The translations under genes were made by a program, and so were the position numbers. Under the pieces are notes generated by a model. The model was not told the origin of the DNA. It saw only the letters and a list, made by a program, of their open reading frames with translations, and made no database searches. From IMG/VR virus record IMGVR_UViG_3300031993_000012, positions 32,001 to 96,000 of that record: a stretch of 64,000 bases of DNA, one strand, 5' to 3'. This stretch comes from a virus (taxonomy: Duplodnaviria > Caudoviricetes). Below are positions 27,990-37,319 of the stretch, one piece after another. How positions within the stretch are numbered: the first letter of the stretch is position 1; the number at the start of each line of letters is the position of its first letter.

Positions 27990-28388
27990 ATGGCAACCAA
28001 TGAAATCATCAATAATATTCTAGACAGACATGCTTGGCATGTTGGAGAAGAACATAAGTATTTCTTAGGTAACGATATCGTCTATGATTATTGGGAGGGT
28101 GATTATGAGATCCTCCCGAAGGATGATGAACCCTCTATCATTGGAATAGGGGTATCAATCTGGGATGAAGATCATGAGACTAATTTTTACGTAATTATCA
28201 CAGATGATGGTTCGCTGTATTATTACAGTGGAACAATCCGTCAAAAAGAACACATTCGTGATATTATAGTCAATAAAAAATCATCATCTTACACAAAGAT
28301 TTGTGTTCATGAGTACGCCGACGAAATCGGTTGGTCTCTTAAAGATATAATTGATTTCGCGGCACTTAGATGCCAGCTGTTCGAATAA
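27990..28388 (+). CDS. hypothetical protein (cassette 1)
   Basis: ATG 27990 after AGGAGGT. Confidence 0.75.
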   Translation: MATNEIINNILDRHAWHVGEEHKYFLGNDIVYDYWEGDYEILPKDDEPSIIGIGVSIWDEDHETNFYVIITDDGSLYYYSGTIRQKEHIRDIIVNKKSSSYTKICVHEYADEIGWSLKDIIDFAALRCQLFE

Positions 28389-28478
28389 AACACCCATCTC
28401 AACGCGGGTGTATAATAATAGCGTAATGTCCAAAAAGTGACCAAACGAATAAAAGAAGCCCCCATAATGGGAGCTTCT

Positions 28479-28519
28479 TTTTTCTTGTTTAGAAATCGAA
28501 ATCATCTCCACCACCGGTA
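28479..28519 (+). repeat. 41-nt exact direct repeat of 29114-29154
   Basis: TTTTTCTTGTTTAGAAATCGAAATCATCTCCACCACCGGTA in both places. Confidence 0.9.
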
Positions 28520-28694
28520 CGGGAAATCCCGGGGTATTCTTTTTTGCTATAATATTAATATTCTACATATATATTATTAATATGAAGAAAGAATAAAATA
28601 TATTCGATCTTCAATCAAATCAATTCTTTTCAGGGCGTAAGTAGCCTAGTCAGCTAGCCTGCAAATTATGTATGCAGGTCCCAGAGGTACATTT
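28520..28694 (+). promoter_or_regulatory. duplicated promoter + structured 5' leader, copy 2
   Basis: Same elements and order as 27806-27989. Confidence 0.75.
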
Positions 28695-29087
28695 ATGAGA
28701 AGACATAGTGTAAGAGCCGATGAGGCAATAGTTAGAATGTTTCATCCAGAAAACCTTTTAAAGGTGTCATACCATGGTGACAGCATCCCTCACCTTTGTA
28801 TAGAAGTCAACGCTGATTATGAGCGCTGTCTCACAATAGCAAAGTTGTGGGACACATTCCACCTGGTGCGTGTAATGCGCACTAACACGGGGCGTGACAT
28901 TGTAGAGGAGTCCCGCCCTGTAACATCAGGTATAAAGCCGAGCAGCCTGTATCTCTCGGGTTATGCGTTAGAAAATTATGACTCGATGATAGAGATAATG
29001 GATGGAATAAACCATCCGGAGTCACATCCCGAAATCAACCTCTTCTTTGACGAGGTCGAGGCATACATCAGAGAGAACGAAGAATGA
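28695..29087 (+). CDS. hypothetical protein (cassette 2)
   Basis: ATG 28695 after GAGGT; no visible similarity to the cassette 1 protein. Confidence 0.75.
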   Translation: MRRHSVRADEAIVRMFHPENLLKVSYHGDSIPHLCIEVNADYERCLTIAKLWDTFHLVRVMRTNTGRDIVEESRPVTSGIKPSSLYLSGYALENYDSMIEIMDGINHPESHPEINLFFDEVEAYIRENEE

Positions 29088-29123
29088 TTTAATGCTCCCC
29101 ATTACGGGGAGCATTTTTCTTGT

Positions 29124-30173
29124 TTAGAAATCGAAATCATCTCCACCACCGGTAGATGCACCGTCAGATGTATTGGTTGTATCAGAGCCAGTATCATCTG
29201 ATGTGGTGGATGTTGTGGTCATTGGTTTTGTTGGTTCATTCGATGTTGATGGTTTGTTAGAAGATTTCTTTTTTCTATCCTTAGCTTCTTCAGCAGCACG
29301 TGAATCGTAATGATCAATCTGTGCTTTCAGATTATTCATCTTGATATTATACTTCTCGATGTTCTTCTTGTACTTAGATTCGATCTTACGTTTACGGTCA
29401 CTTTCAGGTATTCTCAGATAGTCAGCGTATGCTTCTTTAGTTGCTTCATATAATGAAGCAATTTCTTCATACTTCTCAATCTTTCTATCATACGAACGCA
29501 TCAGTATTGCATTGAAGAATGATATCGGATTGATTTCTTTTGCACTTCTGAATATCTTTGGAATTACTCCTAAAGCTTTAACTGCAATTCCAGCCACTGC
29601 ATCAATTGCTGTATTGACACCTTCTTCGAAATACTCACTGAGATCTTCGTGGAATGTTGCATATTCAGTATATGTTGCACGAATGTATTCATCGATCTTC
29701 TTATCCAGATCATCGTTAAATGTTCTGATAAACCAACTCATATCATTCTTTCTGGAAATCTTATCTGGTTTATATACCAGACCTTTTTCAGTTGCTTCTG
29801 TTGATGCATAAATACGTGCAAGCTCACCAACCAGTACACGATATGCAACAGTAAACAATGCTGTGAATAAACTGTTACGTTCATCAGGTTTATTCAAATA
29901 TGCAAGTACCATCTGAGGGAAGATTGGACGATGCAATGTGAGGAACATCGTTTTGATATCCTTTGCATCTGTCGCAGGATACTTTTTCAATGTTGATAAA
30001 TCTGCAATCTGTTTATCAATGAATTTGTACATCGGAACTTTTCTGATGTCACCTTTACATTTGAATTCATCACTACTTTTATTAGAATATATCTCACCTA
30101 ATACTTTCATGATATTCTGCATATCATCTAACTCTTGAGCAGATGGTTTGCGTTTAAAAATACTCATACCCAT
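29124..30173 (-). CDS. putative virion protein with S/T/D-rich C-terminal tail
   Basis: 349 aa at end of structural operon. Confidence 0.6.
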   Translation of the reverse strand: MGMSIFKRKPSAQELDDMQNIMKVLGEIYSNKSSDEFKCKGDIRKVPMYKFIDKQIADLSTLKKYPATDAKDIKTMFLTLHRPIFPQMVLAYLNKPDERNSLFTALFTVAYRVLVGELARIYASTEATEKGLVYKPDKISRKNDMSWFIRTFNDDLDKKIDEYIRATYTEYATFHEDLSEYFEEGVNTAIDAVAGIAVKALGVIPKIFRSAKEINPISFFNAILMRSYDRKIEKYEEIASLYEATKEAYADYLRIPESDRKRKIESKYKKNIEKYNIKMNNLKAQIDHYDSRAAEEAKDRKKKSSNKPSTSNEPTKPMTTTSTTSDDTGSDTTNTSDGASTGGGDDFDF

Positions 30174-30188
30174 TTTACACTCCTTTCA

Positions 30189-32003
30189 TCAACCGAGTAA
30201 CTTAAAGATGTCACGTGTCTTAGAACCAGCAGTTGACAATTCAGCAAGCTGTTTATTGACGGATGCAAGTGAATGAACCTCATAATCATCATGGTTATCC
30301 GGAAGGAGAATCTTAATGGATTCAGCATCAGTATCGATTACAACCATGGAGATGAGGAAGAGTTCCTTGCAGAGTTTAGCAGCAGTACGACCATTCAACA
30401 GATCGATTCCAGTCTTTGCCTTGACATTAATAACATCGCCAGCAGAAATTATGAGTGATGCGTTTGGAATTACACCAAAATCGAAATCATCTTCGATCTG
30501 TGATTTAACAACACTCCATGTGATGTTCTTACCTTTGATTGCTGCCTTTGTGGGAGCATCTCCAGTCATATGTGCGAGCTCGTACAAACGACGATACCAT
30601 TTACGTTTAGGATCACGTGAATCAACTGCGGTTTGTTTCTTCTGTTTAACCTTGAATACAATATCACGGAAGAACTTAAGCTCACCTGCACGCCACTTGG
30701 CTTTACGTGCAATCTTATTCATTTCCTTAAGAGGATATTCTGCAACATCCGGAAGTATATCAGCATCAATAACACGATTGAATGTTTTAACGCCGATTAC
30801 ATAATTGACTGGTTTTGAAAGCGTTCCGTCCTGAGCTTTAACATGATATGAAACATTCATCATGAGTGGTTTCATTGTATTGAGTTTCTTAAGTTTGGAT
30901 TCATCAAGAATCTCAGGTGCTTTAGGAGCATACTTCCATTTACGCTCCTTCTCTGCTTCTTTTAAATCTTCGGCACGTTCTTTCTCGCGTTGTTTATCAA
31001 GATGACGTTCACGAACCTGAGTATGCTGGAACTTCTTACGTTCTAATTCATCACGTTTTGCTTGTGCCTTTTCATCACGTTCGTCTTTATATTGCTGATA
31101 ACCAAATTTCGCAAGAGCCAGATTATACTCACGATTACTGTCATCGATTTGTTTCTGAAGTTTTCTAAGCTTTTCGATTTCGTCTCCTCGTTTTTTCGCA
31201 TCGTTGAGTTCGTTTTCTGCTTCTTTTATAGTAGCCTTATATTCATCCAGTGCTTTCTTTTCGACACTACGTTTCTCAGCTTCTTCAGCACGTTTGTCAG
31301 CTTCAACCGCGTGTTTCATTGCACCTTCAGCTCGTTTATACTGTCTAGTACTTTCTTTTTTAAAGTACGCTGTTGTATCATTAGCATCTTTCAGTTCATC
31401 ATTAAGATCTTTGATATGTTCTCCAGCCTTTTTAAGTTTTTCGGTAAGTCTTTCAATTTCATAATCTTTAGCATCTTGAGCGTCTTCTTGGAAGTAATGA
31501 TCAAACTCAGACAATGGTTGTTTGTTGTATTGTTCAACAATCACACGACCATCAGCATCTTCGATACTCATAATACTGAATTCCAATGAGTCACCATTTT
31601 CCATAACGATTTCATTATGTACAGCATCATGAGCATAATCCATATCAGTATATTCAACATATCTGTTGGTATCTGATTGATATGCAGCAAATGGTGTTCT
31701 GTTCTTAACCAATGATTCATCAACAATTGGATTCAAACTTAATGCACTCTGAAGATATGATGCATATACTTGTTCGAGTAACGATGAAGTTGCAGTTGCA
31801 TAATCCAACTGAACAGATGATGAAATAAATACAGGGAATTCAAACAGATTTCCCTTGGCTGCGGCTATGATTGATTTACTATGAGCACGATATGGCTCTG
31901 ATGCACCATAGACTTTTTTACCAGTTTCTAAAGCACGACCATATTCACGCATACCAGTATCGTACGCTTTAGCGGCGGTATCTTTAATAGCCATTAAAAT
32001 CAC
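30189..32003 (-). CDS. putative virion structural protein with central coiled coil
   Basis: 604 aa; K/E/R-rich coiled coil between globular ends; structural operon context. Confidence 0.6.
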   Translation of the reverse strand: MILMAIKDTAAKAYDTGMREYGRALETGKKVYGASEPYRAHSKSIIAAAKGNLFEFPVFISSSVQLDYATATSSLLEQVYASYLQSALSLNPIVDESLVKNRTPFAAYQSDTNRYVEYTDMDYAHDAVHNEIVMENGDSLEFSIMSIEDADGRVIVEQYNKQPLSEFDHYFQEDAQDAKDYEIERLTEKLKKAGEHIKDLNDELKDANDTTAYFKKESTRQYKRAEGAMKHAVEADKRAEEAEKRSVEKKALDEYKATIKEAENELNDAKKRGDEIEKLRKLQKQIDDSNREYNLALAKFGYQQYKDERDEKAQAKRDELERKKFQHTQVRERHLDKQREKERAEDLKEAEKERKWKYAPKAPEILDESKLKKLNTMKPLMMNVSYHVKAQDGTLSKPVNYVIGVKTFNRVIDADILPDVAEYPLKEMNKIARKAKWRAGELKFFRDIVFKVKQKKQTAVDSRDPKRKWYRRLYELAHMTGDAPTKAAIKGKNITWSVVKSQIEDDFDFGVIPNASLIISAGDVINVKAKTGIDLLNGRTAAKLCKELFLISMVVIDTDAESIKILLPDNHDDYEVHSLASVNKQLAELSTAGSKTRDIFKLLG

Positions 32004-32046
32004 TCCTTTAAAATAATAAAATGTTAATGGGGAGAATTACTCCCCA

Positions 32047-32601
32047 TTATTCAAGACGCATCACTTTTAATAATGCTTTAGGTACTTTATCCATGTATTC
32101 GATAGTAACTTCATAACGTGGTCGATTAGAATAATATTTGTTTGTATGTGATTCTACAATCAATCTATCATCTTCAAGTATTCCCTGTTTACCACGTTTT
32201 TCATTATGAGTCATCATATCGAATACAGCTTTGTCGAAGTTATCGACATCACCGATGTTTCCCCACGGTCTTATATACCCGTGTTCTGCCAAAAACTTCT
32301 GACTCTTTGTCATACTATTTGGAATTGGCATATAAATGTCAACTTTGATTTTACACGGAGTCGTTATATATAAACCATTTAATTTTGGACACACGACATC
32401 ATTGAAGAATTTTGCATTCTTTGCAGCTCCAGGTACATATACACGATATCCAGATAAACGTGGACGATGTGATGGTACTGGAACTGTTGGTATTATAAAT
32501 GATACCTTTTTCCATTTGATCTTTTTATATACAGCAAGAAAACTGAGAACCGTATTCTTGACTGTTGTAGAAAGATTATCAAGCTCTGTAATGATACTCA
32601 T
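32047..32601 (-). CDS. rusA: RusA-family Holliday junction resolvase
   Basis: P.PS.RPR, DVDNFDKAVFD, EDDRLIV. Confidence 0.85.
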   Translation of the reverse strand: MSIITELDNLSTTVKNTVLSFLAVYKKIKWKKVSFIIPTVPVPSHRPRLSGYRVYVPGAAKNAKFFNDVVCPKLNGLYITTPCKIKVDIYMPIPNSMTKSQKFLAEHGYIRPWGNIGDVDNFDKAVFDMMTHNEKRGKQGILEDDRLIVESHTNKYYSNRPRYEVTIEYMDKVPKALLKVMRLE

Positions 32602-32614
32602 ATATTACACACCA

Positions 32615-33922
32615 TTAGTTTGCATATATACGGTAATAAATGAGTATCTCCCAGTCCGATTGGATTGGTAATGCATTAAATGTGTAATATGTTATGAGCT
32701 TTATACGTTGAGCTTCATCAGTGATTTCACCTTCAGAAATAGAATATGCAGCAGTATCAGCGTATTCTTTGAACTTGTCTGTTGCATAAACAAATTGATC
32801 CAGATGATATAAATCATTGACTTCAATGTTTGTGGATAAACGGAGATGATCTTTAATGGTGTTGAAATCAATTGTTTCGCCTTCACCGGTATCAATGATA
32901 GTGTTCATATCTGTCATGAATGCATCGATATGAGTTTCGGTAATTGTTTCCCCGAGTGTAGCAGATAATACTTCATTGATTTCAAACGCAATCTGTTGAA
33001 TCTTTGCAACCAATTCAGCATCATATTCAGTGTTACCAAATATGAGTTTTATGATCTTCTGTACATGAGTATCGTATAATCTTTCAACGACACTAATAGC
33101 ACCCGGTATAGCATCATATGCAACCAAACCAAGTTCATTGATTTGTGCAGTACCAGTATTTCCATCGTGATTGAAATATGCAATACAATCGTTTTCATCT
33201 AATGATAAATGACACTCTGCATATGATTCAATACGATTTGTTTTGCCCTGACCATTTGGTGCACCCGGTCCGAGGTCATCTTGTGTAACGGGATCAACAT
33301 AATCCCAACGTTCACCATCTTTCCACCATGAATGGTATATATGTGGTGTATCATCAAACTTCTTAATGTAGTATGCTTTTACATTATTATTTGATGAAGA
33401 TGAGGGACGATGAATACCGAGATATTTATTTGCTTCAGTTGGTGATAATGCAGTAAGATCAGTTGTTTCTCTGAATGGAATTGCATTTCTTAAACGTGTA
33501 AATGCATAATTGGTATTCTTTGCGGTGATTGCATCTTCTGCAGAACCACCATTACCAATCATAAATCCCTGAATGAAATGAGTTGCTGAAATATTAGTAT
33601 CCATTTCAGTATAATCATCAGGATTGATTCCGATGCGCATTTGATCGTCATTGTTGAGATCCGGTATAATGATTGTTGAATCCTTACCCATATCTTCTGC
33701 ATCAGTACCGGGACCATGGTATGAGTCCAGGTATAAACCGAACATCTTCATCAGTACCCACTGGTATCCAGAAATGGATATGACATTGGTACTCTTTTCA
33801 TGGAACACCTTTTCTCCGGTAATTTTGTTTCTGCGATATATACTGATTTCTCCAACCAATCCATGGGTATCACCAACATTGATTGAATCTTCGAATAATA
33901 TCGCTCTATCATTCTTATTCAT
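32615..33922 (-). CDS. putative baseplate/tail structural protein
   Basis: IGNGG...INELGL motifs as in baseplate/fibre attachment proteins; context. Confidence 0.55.
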   Translation of the reverse strand: MNKNDRAILFEDSINVGDTHGLVGEISIYRRNKITGEKVFHEKSTNVISISGYQWVLMKMFGLYLDSYHGPGTDAEDMGKDSTIIIPDLNNDDQMRIGINPDDYTEMDTNISATHFIQGFMIGNGGSAEDAITAKNTNYAFTRLRNAIPFRETTDLTALSPTEANKYLGIHRPSSSSNNNVKAYYIKKFDDTPHIYHSWWKDGERWDYVDPVTQDDLGPGAPNGQGKTNRIESYAECHLSLDENDCIAYFNHDGNTGTAQINELGLVAYDAIPGAISVVERLYDTHVQKIIKLIFGNTEYDAELVAKIQQIAFEINEVLSATLGETITETHIDAFMTDMNTIIDTGEGETIDFNTIKDHLRLSTNIEVNDLYHLDQFVYATDKFKEYADTAAYSISEGEITDEAQRIKLITYYTFNALPIQSDWEILIYYRIYAN

Positions 33923-33934
33923 TAAATAACCTCC

Positions 33935-36900
33935 TTAATCGATGATTTGTCCATCTATATGGTACCAACCCGTCCATGAGTTGTTCTTTTTATATCGTAT
34001 ATAAACAATACCCAATTTTTCAAATGAGTATAATTTCTGAATGGCATAACCGGAATCAGATATAACGGGTTTCTGTTCAACACGGAATATACCTAAACCG
34101 GTAGTAGGACGATGTTCAATTGAATCGGTTGTATCTGCATCAGCATAATAATTTCCGGTAGTCAGATTGTTTAAATCGAAACCATTCTTCAGTTTCTTAA
34201 TATCGTAATCTGCTTCGAGTGTAAGCTTACCATCTTTATCAAATGTCAATCCAGCACCGACATTAACACCGATACCACCTTGCTGAGAAACTGATACATT
34301 ACCATTGGCATCCGCGCTAATGGCTTTGATGTTGTATGTGTTTGTCAAACCACGTGATGTATCGATTGGTGCAATCAGTTTACCATCGGGATCAAACATC
34401 AATCCATCGTCTTTAAGAGCAACCAAACGTGAACGATATTCAGTATGGATTTCATCAGTATCACCGGATGGAACATAACCAATGTCATTTGCACGGATTC
34501 TTATGATTAATGAATTCGGACCACCTGTATCATTTTCTGAATTCCATGTCACATTACCAGCAATTGATAATCCCAAACCATATTTGGTATTTATATATGC
34601 TGAAAGTGGTATATTTTTATCAAGTGCAGATTTGTTCTGTAATAAGTTAACAACTGGATGCTGGTTACTCATCATATCAGTTTCATGATATATCGTTGGA
34701 TTTATGCTCAACGACAACTTCTTTTCATCACCGATAAAATCAAACGAATGATCAGCAAGTATATGAAGTTGTTTCTTAATATCTTCACCTTCACCACGGC
34801 GTTCTACAACTAATCCTTGACCAGCACGTACTTCCAAACGTTTGTCTGAATTAATACCGATTGATTCATTATCATAACGAACACATACTTTACCAGATAA
34901 ATCGAATGGATGATCACTGTAAGTATCCCATGTTTCAGGTGTCACATATTCACCACGAATCTCCAAACCATCACCGACATTCACCATCAATCCACCAGAT
35001 AATGCATATGATTCAAGTTGCTCGTCTGTTATTGGTAATGGGTCAGTATTAATATACGGATCTTCGTTTTTACCGAACATTGATTTTTCCAATTTATCAT
35101 GTGCACCAATAACACGTAATCCAGACATATTAAACATGTATAACGGATTAGTGTATACACTTTCTTCAGTCTCACTACCACGACCAAGTGCTTTGGGTTT
35201 AACGACTTTGAATAAATTGACGCCGATATATGAAGGCGGTTCTTTTTCGTATGTCGGATATGTGTATGGTATTGATGCAGACCAGTTTACTGCATACTTC
35301 GAACCATATTTGGTTACACCATCAGAAGACTCTTGTACGCATATATCATGCGGAATCAAACACAGCGACAAGTCAGTCATTATTGTAATACCACCAACTG
35401 AAGCTTGATCGTTTGGCATTACATCAACCGGACCACCTGGGAGCACAGCCATACGTTTCATACGGTTTGGTTCAACCAAACTATTTCCAGCATATGGAAC
35501 AACTCTTGCGGATTTACCATCGTGACGATATTCGCCCCAGTTTTCCGCAATTGCAATACCGGAAATATCCAATGTTCGATTCCACAAACCATTTGCATTT
35601 ACGTGACCTTTACGTGTTTTAACTTCTATTACGTCACTGAACTGGTCTTCATGAAATTCCTTGTCGTATATTTTATACTGTAAGCTATTACCTACCAATG
35701 GACGTAATGAATAGAAATCAACTGTATATCCAGTTGTCGGTGATAATCTATCAGGTGCAGATGTTACTTTACCAATACACATACCACGCATCATCAGTTC
35801 ATACGATGTTCCAGGTGGAATCTGATATTTGGCTTTAATCCAACAATCATTGCTTTCTATAAAGACTGAATATCCTGATGCGGTAGATGTATTTCTGATA
35901 CTGATATAACTATCACCGGTATCAGTTGGATCAACTGGTGCTGGATACCCTGCATTTTCATCGTATGGATTCATATAACGAATGATCGGTTTTGTTTCGT
36001 ATATACCACCACCCGGTCCAATATCAGGCATATCATCGATAGTAATTGGTTCACAGTATAACAGATTAACTGATGCAACTGGTCCTTCAAATGCACCATC
36101 TTTGATTCCGGTTACAACAAACTTTGCTTTCAAAAATGGTTTATCAACGTCAACAATATCACCGACACGATAACCATCACCAGATTTATTATAATTGAAT
36201 TGTTTATCATCCGGATTGGTTTTAACCAACTCCACATAATTCTTTTCAGCATTCAATGTATACAGCGGACCATCCTGAATACGGTAATCTTTGAAGTTAC
36301 ATACAACAGTATCATTCTTATGCAGTGATAAATCTTTAAGATAAAAATTACCACCGATTGGTGGTGATAGACGTCTACCATTGATCTGAATATTACATTG
36401 TGGATATTCTATTTGAGTACCAGGTTCTGTACTTGTTGTAGATAACATACCACCTAAGAAAATATATGTACCCGGATGCTGAGTGTCTTCAGTATAATTT
36501 CCGTAAATTCCATCATAGAAATGCAACTTACCGGAAATCATCGTATCATCAATCTTCAGACCTTTTTCACTGGCAGTACCTTCGTGATTAACATACAATG
36601 CACGTTCACTGGATGAAATATTAACACGCAATTCACCGGCTTTCATTTCCGGATGTGTTGTATCAGAAACCACATTTTTGTATATCAGAGAATCATCAGT
36701 CAAACCGATACCATTGATTGGTTTTGTATTGGCAACAAGAACATTTGTAAGTGGATCAAGAACAATACAACCAATATATGGACGTGTATCATCAGTGTCA
36801 TTCCAATGTTCAACATAAAATGGAGCAAACAAATCATCCAAATTATGCTGATTCAAGCATTCATTTAAATCACTTTCAGTATCAAATAATTTAAGTTTCT

Positions 36901-37219
36901 TAAAACCGAATTGTTTTGTGAGTTCATCGATTACCCAACTTTTTATATCATTGAATGATATGTTGTCAACATTCTCAAGACCAACATCGGATGAATCTAA
37001 AACAACAACACCAGTTCTACCATTAACGGAGTTCACAACACGAGCAAGTTTATTGTTTATTGCCGCCCATATACGTTCAAGTGTTTCATTTAATGCTGTA
37101 CCTGATTGGTCATCGTTCACAGATTTTGTGTTCGTACTAGGATAAATATCTTCAGAAACAACGTCATCACCAACAATGGTTTCTCTCGAAAGCTGCACTT
37201 TGTCATCCATTAAAATCAC
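33935..37219 (-). CDS. tail fibre-like protein with C-terminal knob domain
   Basis: VNSVNGRTG.V.L...DVGL.NVDN fibre motif, G.GL repeats, C-terminal DLNNL.TG.Y...YIR.....W..W knob pattern. Confidence 0.75.
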   Translation of the reverse strand: MILMDDKVQLSRETIVGDDVVSEDIYPSTNTKSVNDDQSGTALNETLERIWAAINNKLARVVNSVNGRTGVVVLDSSDVGLENVDNISFNDIKSWVIDELTKQFGFKKLKLFDTESDLNECLNQHNLDDLFAPFYVEHWNDTDDTRPYIGCIVLDPLTNVLVANTKPINGIGLTDDSLIYKNVVSDTTHPEMKAGELRVNISSSERALYVNHEGTASEKGLKIDDTMISGKLHFYDGIYGNYTEDTQHPGTYIFLGGMLSTTSTEPGTQIEYPQCNIQINGRRLSPPIGGNFYLKDLSLHKNDTVVCNFKDYRIQDGPLYTLNAEKNYVELVKTNPDDKQFNYNKSGDGYRVGDIVDVDKPFLKAKFVVTGIKDGAFEGPVASVNLLYCEPITIDDMPDIGPGGGIYETKPIIRYMNPYDENAGYPAPVDPTDTGDSYISIRNTSTASGYSVFIESNDCWIKAKYQIPPGTSYELMMRGMCIGKVTSAPDRLSPTTGYTVDFYSLRPLVGNSLQYKIYDKEFHEDQFSDVIEVKTRKGHVNANGLWNRTLDISGIAIAENWGEYRHDGKSARVVPYAGNSLVEPNRMKRMAVLPGGPVDVMPNDQASVGGITIMTDLSLCLIPHDICVQESSDGVTKYGSKYAVNWSASIPYTYPTYEKEPPSYIGVNLFKVVKPKALGRGSETEESVYTNPLYMFNMSGLRVIGAHDKLEKSMFGKNEDPYINTDPLPITDEQLESYALSGGLMVNVGDGLEIRGEYVTPETWDTYSDHPFDLSGKVCVRYDNESIGINSDKRLEVRAGQGLVVERRGEGEDIKKQLHILADHSFDFIGDEKKLSLSINPTIYHETDMMSNQHPVVNLLQNKSALDKNIPLSAYINTKYGLGLSIAGNVTWNSENDTGGPNSLIIRIRANDIGYVPSGDTDEIHTEYRSRLVALKDDGLMFDPDGKLIAPIDTSRGLTNTYNIKAISADANGNVSVSQQGGIGVNVGAGLTFDKDGKLTLEADYDIKKLKNGFDLNNLTTGNYYADADTTDSIEHRPTTGLGIFRVEQKPVISDSGYAIQKLYSFEKLGIVYIRYKKNNSWTGWYHIDGQIID

Positions 37220-37243
37220 TCCTTTATATAGTTATATACCGGG

Positions 37244-37297
37244 TGTAAACGCTGTGGTAATGTACGTTCGACCGCGGGTATTACCAGTTGGTTGACT
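37244..37297. promoter_or_regulatory. pair of face-to-face putative late promoters
   Basis: Plus TGTAAACG-CTGTGG-TAAT (37244-37261); minus AGTCAACC-AACTGG-TAAT (37280-37297). Confidence 0.55.
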
Positions 37298-37319
37298 GTA
37301 TAATCTACCCGAAAGGACA

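Noticed and set aside
27963-28694. Shared N-terminal peptide MYAGP.G in two ORF-track proteins
   Set aside because: It is the translated conserved leader hairpin and RBS; true starts are most likely 27990 and 28695
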